Below are positions 26,101 through 36,674 of a DNA stretch of 64,000 nucleotides, in pieces. Each line of letters begins with the position of its first letter. Within the stretch, counting starts at the first letter, position 1. The position numbers were made by a program, and so were the translations under genes. The stretch is from the NCBI GenBank assembly GCA_004431415.1, contig QPMI01000627.1:1-64000 (forward strand), read 5' to 3'. Below the pieces are notes generated by a model. The model was given only the letters and a program-made list of their open reading frames with translations. It was not told the origin of the DNA and searched no databases. The stretch is from Cyanophora paradoxa CCMP329. Taxonomy: Eukaryota; Plantae; Glaucophyta.

Positions 26101-26980
26101 CGCACGTCCCAGGTGGTGGCGCCGGGCTGCCCCTTGATGACCTGGCCCTCGATGATCTGCTTCTCGCCATAGACGACCTTGTCGACCTTGACCTGCTGCT
26201 TCGTCTCGAGGTGCCCTGCGCCGCACCGTCGGCCGCGACCGGCGCCCGCCGGGCGTGGGAGACGGCGCACCCAGCTCGGTGACCGGGGTGACGATGTCGT
26301 CGTGGCCCGTGCGCTCGTACGGCTGGGTGATCCTGCGCGGCGGTCAGGCTGCACAGCAGGCAGCGGGCGGCTGGGCGGGTTTGCCGCGCACTTCCAGGTG
26401 CCTGCGCGATGCTCAGGTCAGCCCGGCCACGCGAACAGTGCGCGTTTCCTCCAGATCTCGCGGCTCAAGCGCGCACCGGAGCGCTCGGCATCGGCCGTGT
26501 ACTTGGCTTCACCAGTGATCTTGAGCTCTCCGGGCTTCTGGATCTCTCCAATGACCTTGAAGGGCCGCACGAAGTCGACCTGCTTCACGTGGAAGCCGTC
26601 CTGCGGCACCTCGCACTGGCCCTTATCGGTCGCCGCTGCAGCCGAGCGAGCGTCAACTCGCGCAACGCGACCCGGCAAAGAAAGCACGCACGCTTCGTCA
26701 TGTCATACTGCACGAGGAAGTTCTGCCCCAGCTGTCGGTAAGCGACCCAGCGCGGCGCCGCAGGCCATTCCAATGAGACGCTCACCGCCTGCTCGTCCTC
26801 CGGAAGGCTCGCGTAGTACGCGGCCGAGTCGTCTCCGCGCGTCTCGGTGCCATAGAGCTCCAGGTCCACCGTGAACTGCGGCTGCGGCTGCGGCTCGCCC
26901 TCGCCGAAGGTCTCCACCCCGACAGCGACGGGCGGGCTCCCGCCCAGGTGCTGAAGGGGCTTGTCGTCGTCGTGGCCCAT
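23107..26980 (-). CDS. Unknown large protein family, copy C (intact; no TPTPEP or PENITTGQ expansions)
   Basis: Same exon chain as copy A; intact coiled-coil ORF 23708-24268; ends ..DELAADDA*. Confidence 0.8.
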
Positions 26981-27463
26981 GATGTTCTCGCTTCTGTCGA
27001 AGTTGACTCGATGCTGCTCGACAAACTCGCCGCGGCCGGTGCTCCCACGAAACTCGCTTGCTCTAAGATCTTCGCCGGCACCTTGCTAGCGCGCACTGGG
27101 CCGGGCAGGCGAGGCGAGAGCCGCGAGACTTCGGCGCCCGGCGGCGATGAAGCAAGCTATAGCTAGGTAGGTGCACGTGGGCAGCTCCTGAGCGCAATTT
27201 CCACTGTTTCCAGCCTTTACGCAGGCTACAGCGCAGCTACTTGGAGGGTCAAGCCGCAAAGCTTGACGGCTTTGTTTCGACGGCTAGCCTCTTAGGACCT
27301 TCTGGCCGATGGCGCATGGCCGGATCCGCCGGGCCGGTATACGTAGTTGACCGGAAGGTCCGGATCCGGACTCCGGAACATGAAAGTTAACAACATTCAT
27401 GTCAACATTAATGTTTGCATTTTCAATTGCAACAACAAGCGTCGGATCGGCTATCAGTGCAAC

Positions 27464-27464
<1 letters not shown>

Positions 27465-27497
<33 letters not shown>
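27465..27497. repeat. Poly-C tract (~33 nt) next to a TCCGGA-rich / AT-rich intergenic segment
   Basis: Directly visible. Confidence 0.9.
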
Positions 27498-27705
27498 ACC
27501 ACCCTCCCCACCCCCTCCACGGCGGCCCTCCACGGTCCACCCTTGCGCCTGAAGCTGACAGCGACCGGGGCCGGGTGCAGGCCAGGCCGGGGCTACGTAG
27601 CTACATTACGATGCAGCCGCGCCCCTCCTCGTCTCCGGATCCGTCGACGTTGTACATGTCCCCATGGCCAGCCGGCATCTGCCGGAATCGCACGCGAGCG
27701 GCGCA

Positions 27706-28861
27706 TCAGTCCGGGCCGGGAATTCGAAGCAAGACGGGGCAACTTGGCAAAGGCGCTCGCGCCTGGAAATGCTTGTAGGTAGCGTGGGGGCTGACCCCCG
27801 CCGAGCCGTGCAGGGGCGCCGGCTGCAGCTGCGGGCGGCCGTAGGTTGCAGCGACGGGGCTGTAGTGGGCTGGCGGTATCGCCGCCTGCGTGGCCGGCGA
27901 CCAGGCGGGCGCCACGGGCCGAGGCGCCGCGTTCGCTGCAGGGGCGGAGGCGAGGGCCCGCGCCGGCCGGGGAGGCGAGGCCTGCGCCGGGCGGGGAGGG
28001 TAGGCCGGGTCGCGCGCGGCCCGTGGTGGCGGGGAGGCGCGCGCCGGCTGCAAGCTCTCCGGGCGGGGCGCGGGGGCGTGAGGCTGATCCCGAGGCTGGG
28101 GCGGCGGCCGCTGGGGCCGGAGGCGCCGGCGCGCTGAACCCGTGCGCGCCCGAGGAGGCGGAGGGCCGGGGGAGGGCGGCCCCCGCGGCCGCCACGGAGC
28201 TCAGCAGGTGGTCCACGTTGCGGCCTGCGCCGCGGGGCGGGTCGGGGCGGGGCGGGGCGGGGCGGGGCGGCGGTCAGGTCCGGCGGGGCTGCGGGTGCGG
28301 CGCGGGGCGGGCCGAAGGCGAGGTCCCCCGCGAAGGCGTGGAGGTGGCTCTTGGCGAGGGAGTACTGCAGGGCCGCCGGCACGCGCAGCCCGCTCGCCAG
28401 CACCGGCAGCACCGGCCGCCCGTTCAGCTCCGCCAGCTGCCGGCCGGCCTCGGCGGGGCGCGGGCGGGCGGCGGGCGGGCGGGCGGGGCGGGGCGGGGCG
28501 GGCCTGGACGCGGTCTCGGAGCTGCGGGTCCTCCGCGCTCTCCTCGGAGAGCAGCACGATGAGGGCGCCGGCCCTGCTCCCGGAGGCCGGGCCCCGTCAG
28601 GGCGGCTCCAGTGGCGGCGGGAGGGCGCGGGGCGCACCGGGCGATGGCGCGGGTGGCGTTGGCGGCGTCGGCGGGGCCCGAGGGGGGCGCCGCGGGGCTC
28701 TCCACGAAGCAGCGCACGCCGCGGTCGGCGAGGGCGGCGTGCAGGGAGCGCGCGAGGGCCGCCTCGCGCGGGGCCGCCCAGAGCGCCACGTGCGGGGCCG
28801 GCGCCGCGCCCTCCCCCTCCGGCACCTCGAACCGGGCCCCGGGCCCCGCATCCACCCCGCG

Positions 28862-28903
<42 letters not shown>

Positions 28904-30972
28904 CCCCCGGGCGAGCGCAGGTTGACCGCCTGCGCGGCCGTGTGGGCGGGCGCGGCGGGCGCGGCGGAGGCCGAGGGCGGGCGGACCTGGGCGACCGTGT
29001 GGGAGAAGGCGGGGAAGCCCGCTTCGAAGAGCGCGTCCGTCGAGAAGTCTGCCGGGGGCGGCGCGGCGCGTCGGCCGGCGCTGCAAGGGGCGGTGGGAGG
29101 GCGGGGGCGGGCCCCCGCACCGGCGAACTGGGTCTTGAAGAGGTACCCCTTGAGCTCCTCGTCGAGGTCGGTCTTCTCGCGCCACACGGGGAAGATCTGG
29201 CGGGCGCCGGCGGGCGGGCTCAGGCGTCCACGGGGCGGGGGCGGCCAGGGGCACGGCACCGGTCGGCCCAGGTCCGACGCGCGGGCCACCTCGCGGCTGG
29301 AAGGCGGCCGGTCGGCGTGCGGGCGGGCGGAGGGCGGAGGGCGGCGGGCGTCGGCGGGGGCTCGCGGGGCCGCACGCACCGGCACCACTCGGACTTGCAC
29401 GAGTGCTTGCTCGCGATGAAGACGACCGCCTGCCGTCCCCGGGGGTGAGGTGCGCGCACCGGAGGGGACCGGGCCGCGAGGCGCGGGTGGCGCACGGCGG
29501 CCGAGTTGATGCCGGCGCCGATCTGCTCGCGCCACTCCGTGCCGGCCTCGATCCCCGTCGGCTTCATCTGCCGCCGGCCGGCCTCGTGAGGGGCCGCGGC
29601 CGCGCGGGCGCGCCCGGGAGAGGGCGGCGCGCCTCGTCCATCCAGCAGGTGACGTGGGCGGCCTCGAGGCGGGCCTTGAGCTCCCGCGCGAACGCCGCGA
29701 CCTCCGGCGGCTGGTGCCCGTAGCTGATGAAGACGTCCCGGACCTTGGCCTGCGCCTTCAGCTCGTGCCGGAACTGCCGCCCCGCCCGCCCCCGAGTCAG
29801 CCCGAGGCGGCCCGAGGCCGAGAGGGGAGGGGGGGGGGTCCCACCCGGACGTCGGACGTGCAGTCGAGCGGCGTCTTCCCCGCGCTGTTCTGCGCCAGCA
29901 GGTCCGCCCCTGCGCCCCGCAGCGCCCCGCGTTCAGCAGCGGCGGGGCCGGGGCGGTGCGGGGCGGGGCGGGGCGGGCCCTTGCGGATGCAGGCGAGGCA
30001 GACGGGGAGGAAGCGGGCGGCGACGGCGGCGTGCAGGGCGGTGTCGCCCTCGCGGTTGGCGTGCGCGAAGTCGCCCTCCATGCCCGCCAGCGCCTCCGCC
30101 GTCCGCGGCAGCCGCGCCCCGCACGCCAGGTGCAGGCTCGTGTTCCCCTCCCCGTCCACGTCCCCCCGCCCCGCCCGCGCCCCCCGCGCCGGGGCGCGCG
30201 GGTCGGGCGGCGGGGCGCCCCGCGGGCCCCCGTGGGCGAGCACCACCGCGATCTTGCCCGCCGCGAGCAGCACCCCCGCCGCCTCCACGTAGCTGTACCC
30301 CCGGGTCGGCGGGGTAGAGGGGGCGCGAGGGGCAGAGGCAGGCGAGCGGCCGCACCCCAGGCGCTTGGCGCGGGCCGCGGGGTCGTCGAAGAGCGTCTCC
30401 TGGACCGCGCCTGGGGAAAGGCGCGGGGGGGTGAGGGGAGGGGGCGGGGGTACGGCGTGGCGCAGGGAGGGGGTACCGCCGCCGGAGAGGTAGCGGTCGA
30501 CGACGAGGCGGACGCAGTCGGCGTTGCCCGAGTCGATCGCGACCGTCAGGGCCGTGGCGTTCTCGTCGAAGCCCGTGAGGCGCACGTCGGCGCTCGCGCC
30601 GGCGTCGAGCAGCGCCTGCGACACTGCGGAAGCGCGTCGGGGCGCGCACGCGGGGGCGTCGGAAACCCCGCGCACTCTCCGCGTCCCCGCGGTCGAGCGC
30701 GTAGCAGAGGGGCGTCCCTGCGGGGCCGCGCGATCAGCAGCCGGCGACGCCTCCGCCGCGGCGGCGGCGGCTCACGCATGAGGCTGTCTGTGGAGTTCAC
30801 GGATGCGCGGCCGCCCTCCGCTGAGCGGCGGGAGGGCGGGCGTGAGCCGCCCCGCGGTGGCTAGCGCTTCGGCGGCGGGTGGGGGCTCACTCGTCAGCAT
30901 CTCGAGGACCTGGCCGGTCTGGCCGCGATACGCGGCGAGGGCGAGCATAGAGAGGCGGAACTGGCGCGTCAT
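27706..30972 (-). CDS. Ankyrin-repeat + TIR (TIR_2-like) + second degenerate TIR protein; ends approximate
   Basis: Ankyrin motifs ATALTVAIDSGNADCVRL, GNTSLHLAC, GDTALHAAV, NSAGKTPLD; TIR motifs DVFISYGH...FARELKARLEAAHVTCWMDE, IEAGTEWREQIG.GI, AVVFIASKHSCKSEWCRREV, IFPVW; second TIR-like unit LARSLHAALADRGVRCFV..LIVLLSEES..PVLPV. Confidence 0.85.
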
Positions 30973-31458
30973 CGGCCGCTGCGGCACGCGTGGGACGTCC
31001 GTTGGCCGCGCTCGGAGGTCGTGGCGCTGACGGCGTCACAGACCTGCGCCGGCGGCAGTCGCGACCACTCCTGGGCTTTCTGGGCGTGCTCCTGCGGTGC
31101 GTACGCGTTAACGCCGGACGGGGAGCACCTAAGCCAGGCGTCTAGCTAGCCCCGCTGGAGCGCTCGGACCATCGTTGATATGTAGCGGTCGGGCTGAAAA
31201 GCGTTGGCCGGCCCCGGGTCCTTGACAAGGAAACCTGCACTCGGTCACATCGAACTGCCGGGGCCTTGCTCGGCGCCGGCAGCCTCACCGCCATGCTCGT
31301 CGACAGGCCCAAACTTCCGCAAACCGCGAAGGCTGCCGAACGGGGCCATCGCGGGCGGTCGAGAGGCGACGATGTGAGCTGGTTGAGAAGCCTGGTTGAG
31401 AGCCTACTTGACAGGCTAAGGTTTTTTTGCTTCGATCGGGGGGTAGAGCGACACAACG

Positions 31459-33339
31459 ATGGCTTTCGCGACTGCCCTCTGCTTCAACCCCCGCGTGGCG
31501 GGAGCCGCGGCGGTCGCTCAGACGGCCCTGTGCCGGCCGGCCGAGACGGCTCGCAATGCGGCGGGTGCGGCGGCCCCGACCACGTCGCCAATCGCATTCC
31601 AGGTTCGCCGCCGTCCCCGCCAGAAATGCCGCCTCGGATGTCTCTTTTAAATCTCTTCAATGCGGTGCAGTGCGACGAGGGCCGCTCGTTTGTGCCCCGG
31701 CGGACCTTCCGCGCGCCGCGCCAGCTTCCTGCGGCCCGCGGCGTCGGACTCCGGATGTCGACGGGTCCTGAGGGCGGCAAGAAGGGCGGCTGCGTGGTGC
31801 TCAAGTTCGGCGGCGCCTCGGTGCGATCTCCCCGCGTCACCGAGTGGAGATGGTTTGACGTCGGGGCGTTGCACAGGTGGCGACGCTGGAGCAGTTCCAG
31901 CGCATCGCGGACATCGTTATTAGCAAGCTCTCCACGTTCGAGCGCGTCGCCGTGGTCATCAGCGCGATGGTCCGGCCGCTGTCGGGAACCGGCCAGAGCG
32001 CGCAAGGGTTGCTGACGCCCTCCCGCGGCGCAGGCCGGCGAGACGGACCGGCTCATCGGCCTCGCCAAGAGCGTGCGCACCGCCCCGCCGGCCCACCGCC
32101 CGGCGCGCCTCGGGCGGGGCGCGACGCGGGCGGGCCGCCGGCCTGCGCGCAGGTGAACGCGGCGTCGCCTCAGCGGGAGGTGGACATGCTGATTTCGACG
32201 GGCGAGCGCATCAGCTGCAGCCTCCTCGCCATGGCGCTCCAGGGCAAAGGCCAGCGCGCCCTCAGCTTCACCGGTGAGAGCCGGCGGCGCCTGCCGCGCT
32301 GCGGCCCGATCGCCGCCCCCCACTCCCCCGCTGAGGGCGGGGGCGGGCCAGGGAGCCAGGCGGGGATCATCACGGACGAGGTGCACAACTCGGCGAACAT
32401 CCTGGAGGTCCGCCCCATCCGCATCCTCAAGCACATGAACGACGGTGCCCGCCCCGCGCGCCCCCGCGGCCCCGCCCCGCCCCGCCCCGCCCCGCCCGAG
32501 CGCCCGGCCCCGCAGGCGAGGTCGCGGTCGTCGCCGGCTTCCAGGGCGTCTCCATCCAGGCCCGTACCCCCTCCCGGAATCGCCCAGTACCCCCGCGAGG
32601 CTCCCGCAGGGCGAGATCACGACGCTCGGCCGCGGCGGCTCGGACACATCCGCCGTAGCCCTCGCCATCGCCCTTGGGGTGCCCCTCTGCCCCTGTACCC
32701 TCTACTCCGTCCCCCGATTCGACGCTGTACCCCCGCAGGCCTCCCACGTCGAGTTCTACAAGGACGTCAAGGGCGTCTACTCCGCGGACCCCAAGAAGGT
32801 GCAGTACCCCCGCCTCCCTCTTTCCCCGCCCTAAACCCCCCTAACCGTAGTCAACTCGGTACCCCGCAGGACAAGGGCGCGGTCTTCTACAGCCACCTGC
32901 CCTTCGACAAGGCGGCCGAGATGATGGAGGCGCGCCCGTACCGTACCCCTCCCTCGAAGGCGGCCCAGCGGGTCTGATACCTCCCCCGCAGGCGGGCGCC
33001 AAGGTCCTCCACTCCCGCGCCGTCCGCCTCGCCGAGGTATGCCCGTACCCCCCCACCCATCGTTCCCCTCGTCCGATCGCGCGCGTCAGGCGAACGGTCT
33101 CCCCCTGCACGTCCTTTCCTTCGAGACGTACGCCCCCGGCGCCAAGCCCGGTGCGCCGCCGGCCCGGGTGGGGCGGCTGCCGCCCGCCCGCCTCGCTTGG
33201 GGCCGATTCGCGGGCGCCGTGCGGGGCAGGGACGGTGATCAGCGCGGCCGAGGGCGCGAACTACCGCCTCATCGGGGAGGGCACCAAGAACAGTTTTGAG
33301 GAGCGGCAGCGCACCCCGGTGCCCGCCTCCCTCTTGTGA
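31459..33339 (+). CDS. lysC: Plastid-targeted aspartate kinase, catalytic domain only (no ACT domains)
   Basis: [105 protein letters not shown]; transit peptide beginning MAFATAL. Confidence 0.93.
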
Positions 33340-33489
33340 GCGGGGGCCCGTGTGTATCATCACTAGCCTTAAGATAGGACTGCGATTTTTGTCTGGGGTT
33401 AGATAGCGGGCACAGTGCGGCAGAGGTAGCGCAGCGCTTGTTTAGCCTGCCTGGAGTATATGTCTGAGAATGAACACCGTTTTTGCTTC

Positions 33490-33985
33490 GAGGCAGCGTG
33501 GCACGGTTTGGTCCCTGATCAACTTTACGACTCGGGCTCAGCGGCTCCGACTCGGGCCGATCGCGATGGTCCAAGGGGCTTCGCGATCGAGCCTCCAGGG
33601 CTCCGGACTGCCCGGGACTCTGACTCACAGTAAATTATACTCCGATCATTGAATCTCCGAGACTCGGGAACTGAGTGACTTGAGACTCTGATCATGAGAC
33701 TCTGAGAGAGGTGATCATATGCATGACCAGTACTACGGTACTGTGGAGCGTAGACTGGCGGCTCCGAGGCTCGCCGGCCCGGCCCAGCCGGCCTCGGGCC
33801 AGGGCGCCCCGCGGCGGGGTCGGCCGCCGGGCGGCCCGGAGGAAACTTACAAGTGCGCCGTAAACTTGAAACTTGAAATCAACTTGGCAACCGTCACGGC
33901 GTTGAACTTGAACTTGAGGAAACAGGAAAACTTGAAATCGAATCACTGGCAACCGTGCATTTGAATTGAATTGGCAACCGTGGTG
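33490..33985. mobile_element. Probable degenerate non-autonomous DNA transposon remnant (hAT-MITE-like)
   Basis: AT-rich ACTTGAA subterminal-like repeats, three copies of (t)ggcaaccgt near 33885, 33948 and 33972, internal tcgcgatcgagc/gagactc motifs shared with the 63216-63666 element; no clear TSD. Confidence 0.4.
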
Positions 33986-34239
33986 AAGCAATTGCATCCT
34001 TTGCAATTGAATTGACATTCTCCGACCAAAGCCGGGGACTCCTTCGAATTCGGTTCACTGAAGTACTACGGATACGCATCGCGGGCGGAGGAGGGCGCGG
34101 GGGGAACTGCTGTTATACAACGCGGGAGGGAGGCGGCTCCCGCAGCGGGGGTGTCGGCGGGCTGTACGGTGAAAGCGGGATGGGAGGCGAAAGCTGAGGC
34201 TGGAGGTGGAGGGGCGGGACCGGGGCGCGCCGGTCAGCG

Positions 34240-36130
34240 TCAGTGCCCCGGGGCGGAGCCGGTGCTGACGCGGGAGGGGATGGGGTGCGCGGGGGTGCTG
34301 GCGGCGGCGTTGAGCTGGGCGGCGAGCGTCGAGGCGAGCCCCGTCAGCAGCGGCCGCTTCCAGTGCTGCGCAGCGCAGCCGAGCGCATCGGATCGGAGAA
34401 GAGCACAGCGGAGGGGAGGGGAGGTCGCACGAGCATGTCGGGGCCGCACTCCGCCTCCACGTAGTCTGCGGGCGCGGGGCCGCCCGCTCAGCGGCGGCGG
34501 GGCGGCGGGGCGGCGGGGCGGCCGGGGCGGCCGGGCCGTGCGGACCGATGTAGAGCTTCATGAGCTTCATGGTGGTGGGCCCCGGCGAGGAGGCGTACAC
34601 CGTCGAGTCCACCTGGTGCACGGGGCACACCTGCGCCCCCGCGCCGGCCCGCCCCGTCGCTCGCGGCCCTCGCGGGGCGGGCGGGGCGGGGGCGCGGTGG
34701 CGGGCGCGCCTCCTTGGTGCTGCTGGTGATGAAGACCTCGTCGGCGGTGAGGAGGAAGGGCAGCGTGAAGACCTGCTCCCTGCGCCCCGGCCCCGCGCCT
34801 CAGCCGAGCCGCGCCGCCTACGCATCGACCGGGGCGGGGCCGGGGCGCGCTTGACGGGGATGCCGTTCATGCGGGCGAGGCGGAGGACGTCGGCGCGCGT
34901 GATCCCCGAGAGGATCCGGTTCGACTCCGGCGCCGTGTACGCCTGCGGGGCACCCGCTCAGCGGGAGGAGGGGGAGGGAGGAGGGAGGGGTCGCACCGTG
35001 CCGTCCTTGACGCACCAGACGTTGCACGTGCTGCCCTCCGTCACGTGGCCCTCCGCGTCCACGAAGACGCACTGCGCGCGCGCGCGCGTGCCGATCGGAC
35101 CGGCCCGGCCCGGATCGGCGGCGGCGGGCGGAGAAGGAGCGCACCTCTGTGAAGCCCTCCTTCTGGACGGCGTTCAGATCCATCACGTTCGGCCTGCGCG
35201 GCGGGGCGCGGCGGGGCGCTAAGCGGCGGGGCGGGGCGGTGCGGGGAGCGGCGGGCGGAGGCGGCGGGTCGAGCGGACAGGAGGGCGATGCTCTTTATGT
35301 GGCAGCGGTGCCAGCGCTCGTCGGGCATCGACTTGAGGGCGATGCCGCGCGTGAAGTACTCGGGCGGGAAGGGCTTCAGCGGCTGCGTGAAGACGAGTAG
35401 CGTCGGCCGGAGGTTCTCAGCCGCCGGGAGCAGGTGCGAGCGGCCGCCGTAGGCGCCGTAGGTCGCCTGCAGGTAGACGAACGAGAGGCCCGTCGGGGAG
35501 GCCTCGTTCACCCGCAGCAGCCGAGACACGACCTCCGCCAGCTCCCGGTTCGTGTGCGCCAGCCCGAACCCGATGTGCTTGCAGCTCCGCTGGAACCGGC
35601 CTGCCCCGCCGCCCCCGTCGCTCGCGGGGGCCCGGTGCGAGCGCGGGCGCCGGGCGCGGCGCGCACTGAGGTGCGGATCCATCGCCAGAGGCTTCCCGTC
35701 GTAGCACGGCACGACCTGTGCGGCGCGCAAACTCAGCGGCGCTGCCGGAGCGCGAGCGCGAGCGCCGCGGGCGGGCGCTCACGTCGTACACTCCGCCGGC
35801 GTAGTTAAAGCCGTAGTCGAATCTGCGCGCGCGTCGGTCCCGCGTCTGCGCTATGTTCTAAGCGTGCTTACATGGACACTTTGGCCGTCGCCGCGTCGAT
35901 GATCTGCCCATTCAGGTAGACCTTGCCCCTGCGGTGCGGACGCCGTGTGAACTCGCGAGCGCCGGCCGATCGCAGCCGCGGGCTTCTACAACAGCATGAA
36001 CGGAGCGTACCCAGTCTTTAGATGCTGATCCTGCGCGCCCACGTCTTTCCGCTCATGCGTCGAGGAGCCGGCCGGGCTGCCAAGGCCCCCAGACGAGGAG
36101 GGCGCCGTCGGGCCCTTCCCTTGGTGCCCA
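34240..36130 (-). CDS. dat: D-amino-acid (D-alanine) aminotransferase, PLP fold-type IV; true N-terminus may lie further upstream (to ~36550)
   Basis: VYLNG, FDYGFNYAGGVYDV, HL.RFQRS, VYLQATYG...RSH, DERWHRCHIKSIALLPNV (DAAT-type signature with catalytic Lys), VTEGSTCNVW, ILSGITR, ADEVFITSSTKEV.PV..VD, PGP.T.KL. Confidence 0.8.
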
Positions 36131-36674
36131 TCTCGCCTGTCTCCACTGTCTCCGAACGACTTTTTGTCGCCTGCGTGCCTGTCCCCATGTCTTGTCCCGG
36201 CGTGGCCGCCGTGGCTGTTTCCTGCGGGCGAAGTACAAATTTCAGCGAGGTCACGCTCCCCGCGGGGAGATCGCTGGCACTACAGGCATCTAAGTCGGCG
36301 ATAGCGGGACGCTGCCGCCGCGTCATTCCCCTGCTCGCGATGCTCGGGCCGCGGGCGAGTTGGTGCTCCGCCTGCGGGGGAGGGCCGCTGACGGCGCTCA
36401 CGAGGAAAGCGGCGACGTGCTATTGGCCGCGGGAATGCGGGCGCGCATGCGTCCGCCGCAGCTGTTCTAGCCCCGCACAGACCCACGAGGCCCGGCGTCC
36501 CGCCTGCAGACAGGAGCTATGCGCTGCTCTCTCCACGCACCCATACTCGCCCGACGGCCGCCCACAAGAGCTTTCCGGGAGGACCTCGCGTGGAGCGTGT
36601 ACCCCGGCTGCAGCGCTGTCCGAGCTTCGCCGGACTCTCCCGCTGCCCCCGTTCGTTTAACACACTCATCAAAG

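Larger units (their letters stand above)
17329..26980. repeat. Near-identical tandem segmental duplication, unit ~4.82 kb (spacer + gene); identity extends left into copy A
   Basis: 17329-18289 equals 22146-23106; gene starts at 17328, 22145 and 26980 (spacing 4817 and 4835). Confidence 0.95.

Noticed and set aside
26981-27010. Sequence upstream of the copy C ATG reads VNFDRSENI, resembling [10 protein letters not shown] in the copy A C-terminus
   Set aside because: Match too short to distinguish from chance, and there is no upstream in-frame ATG before a stop
32841-32859. ctaaccgtagtc(a/t)actcg shared between a lysC intron and a CRAL-TRIO intron (~41816)
   Set aside because: Only ~18 nt and includes the branch-point consensus; insufficient to call an introner or snoRNA
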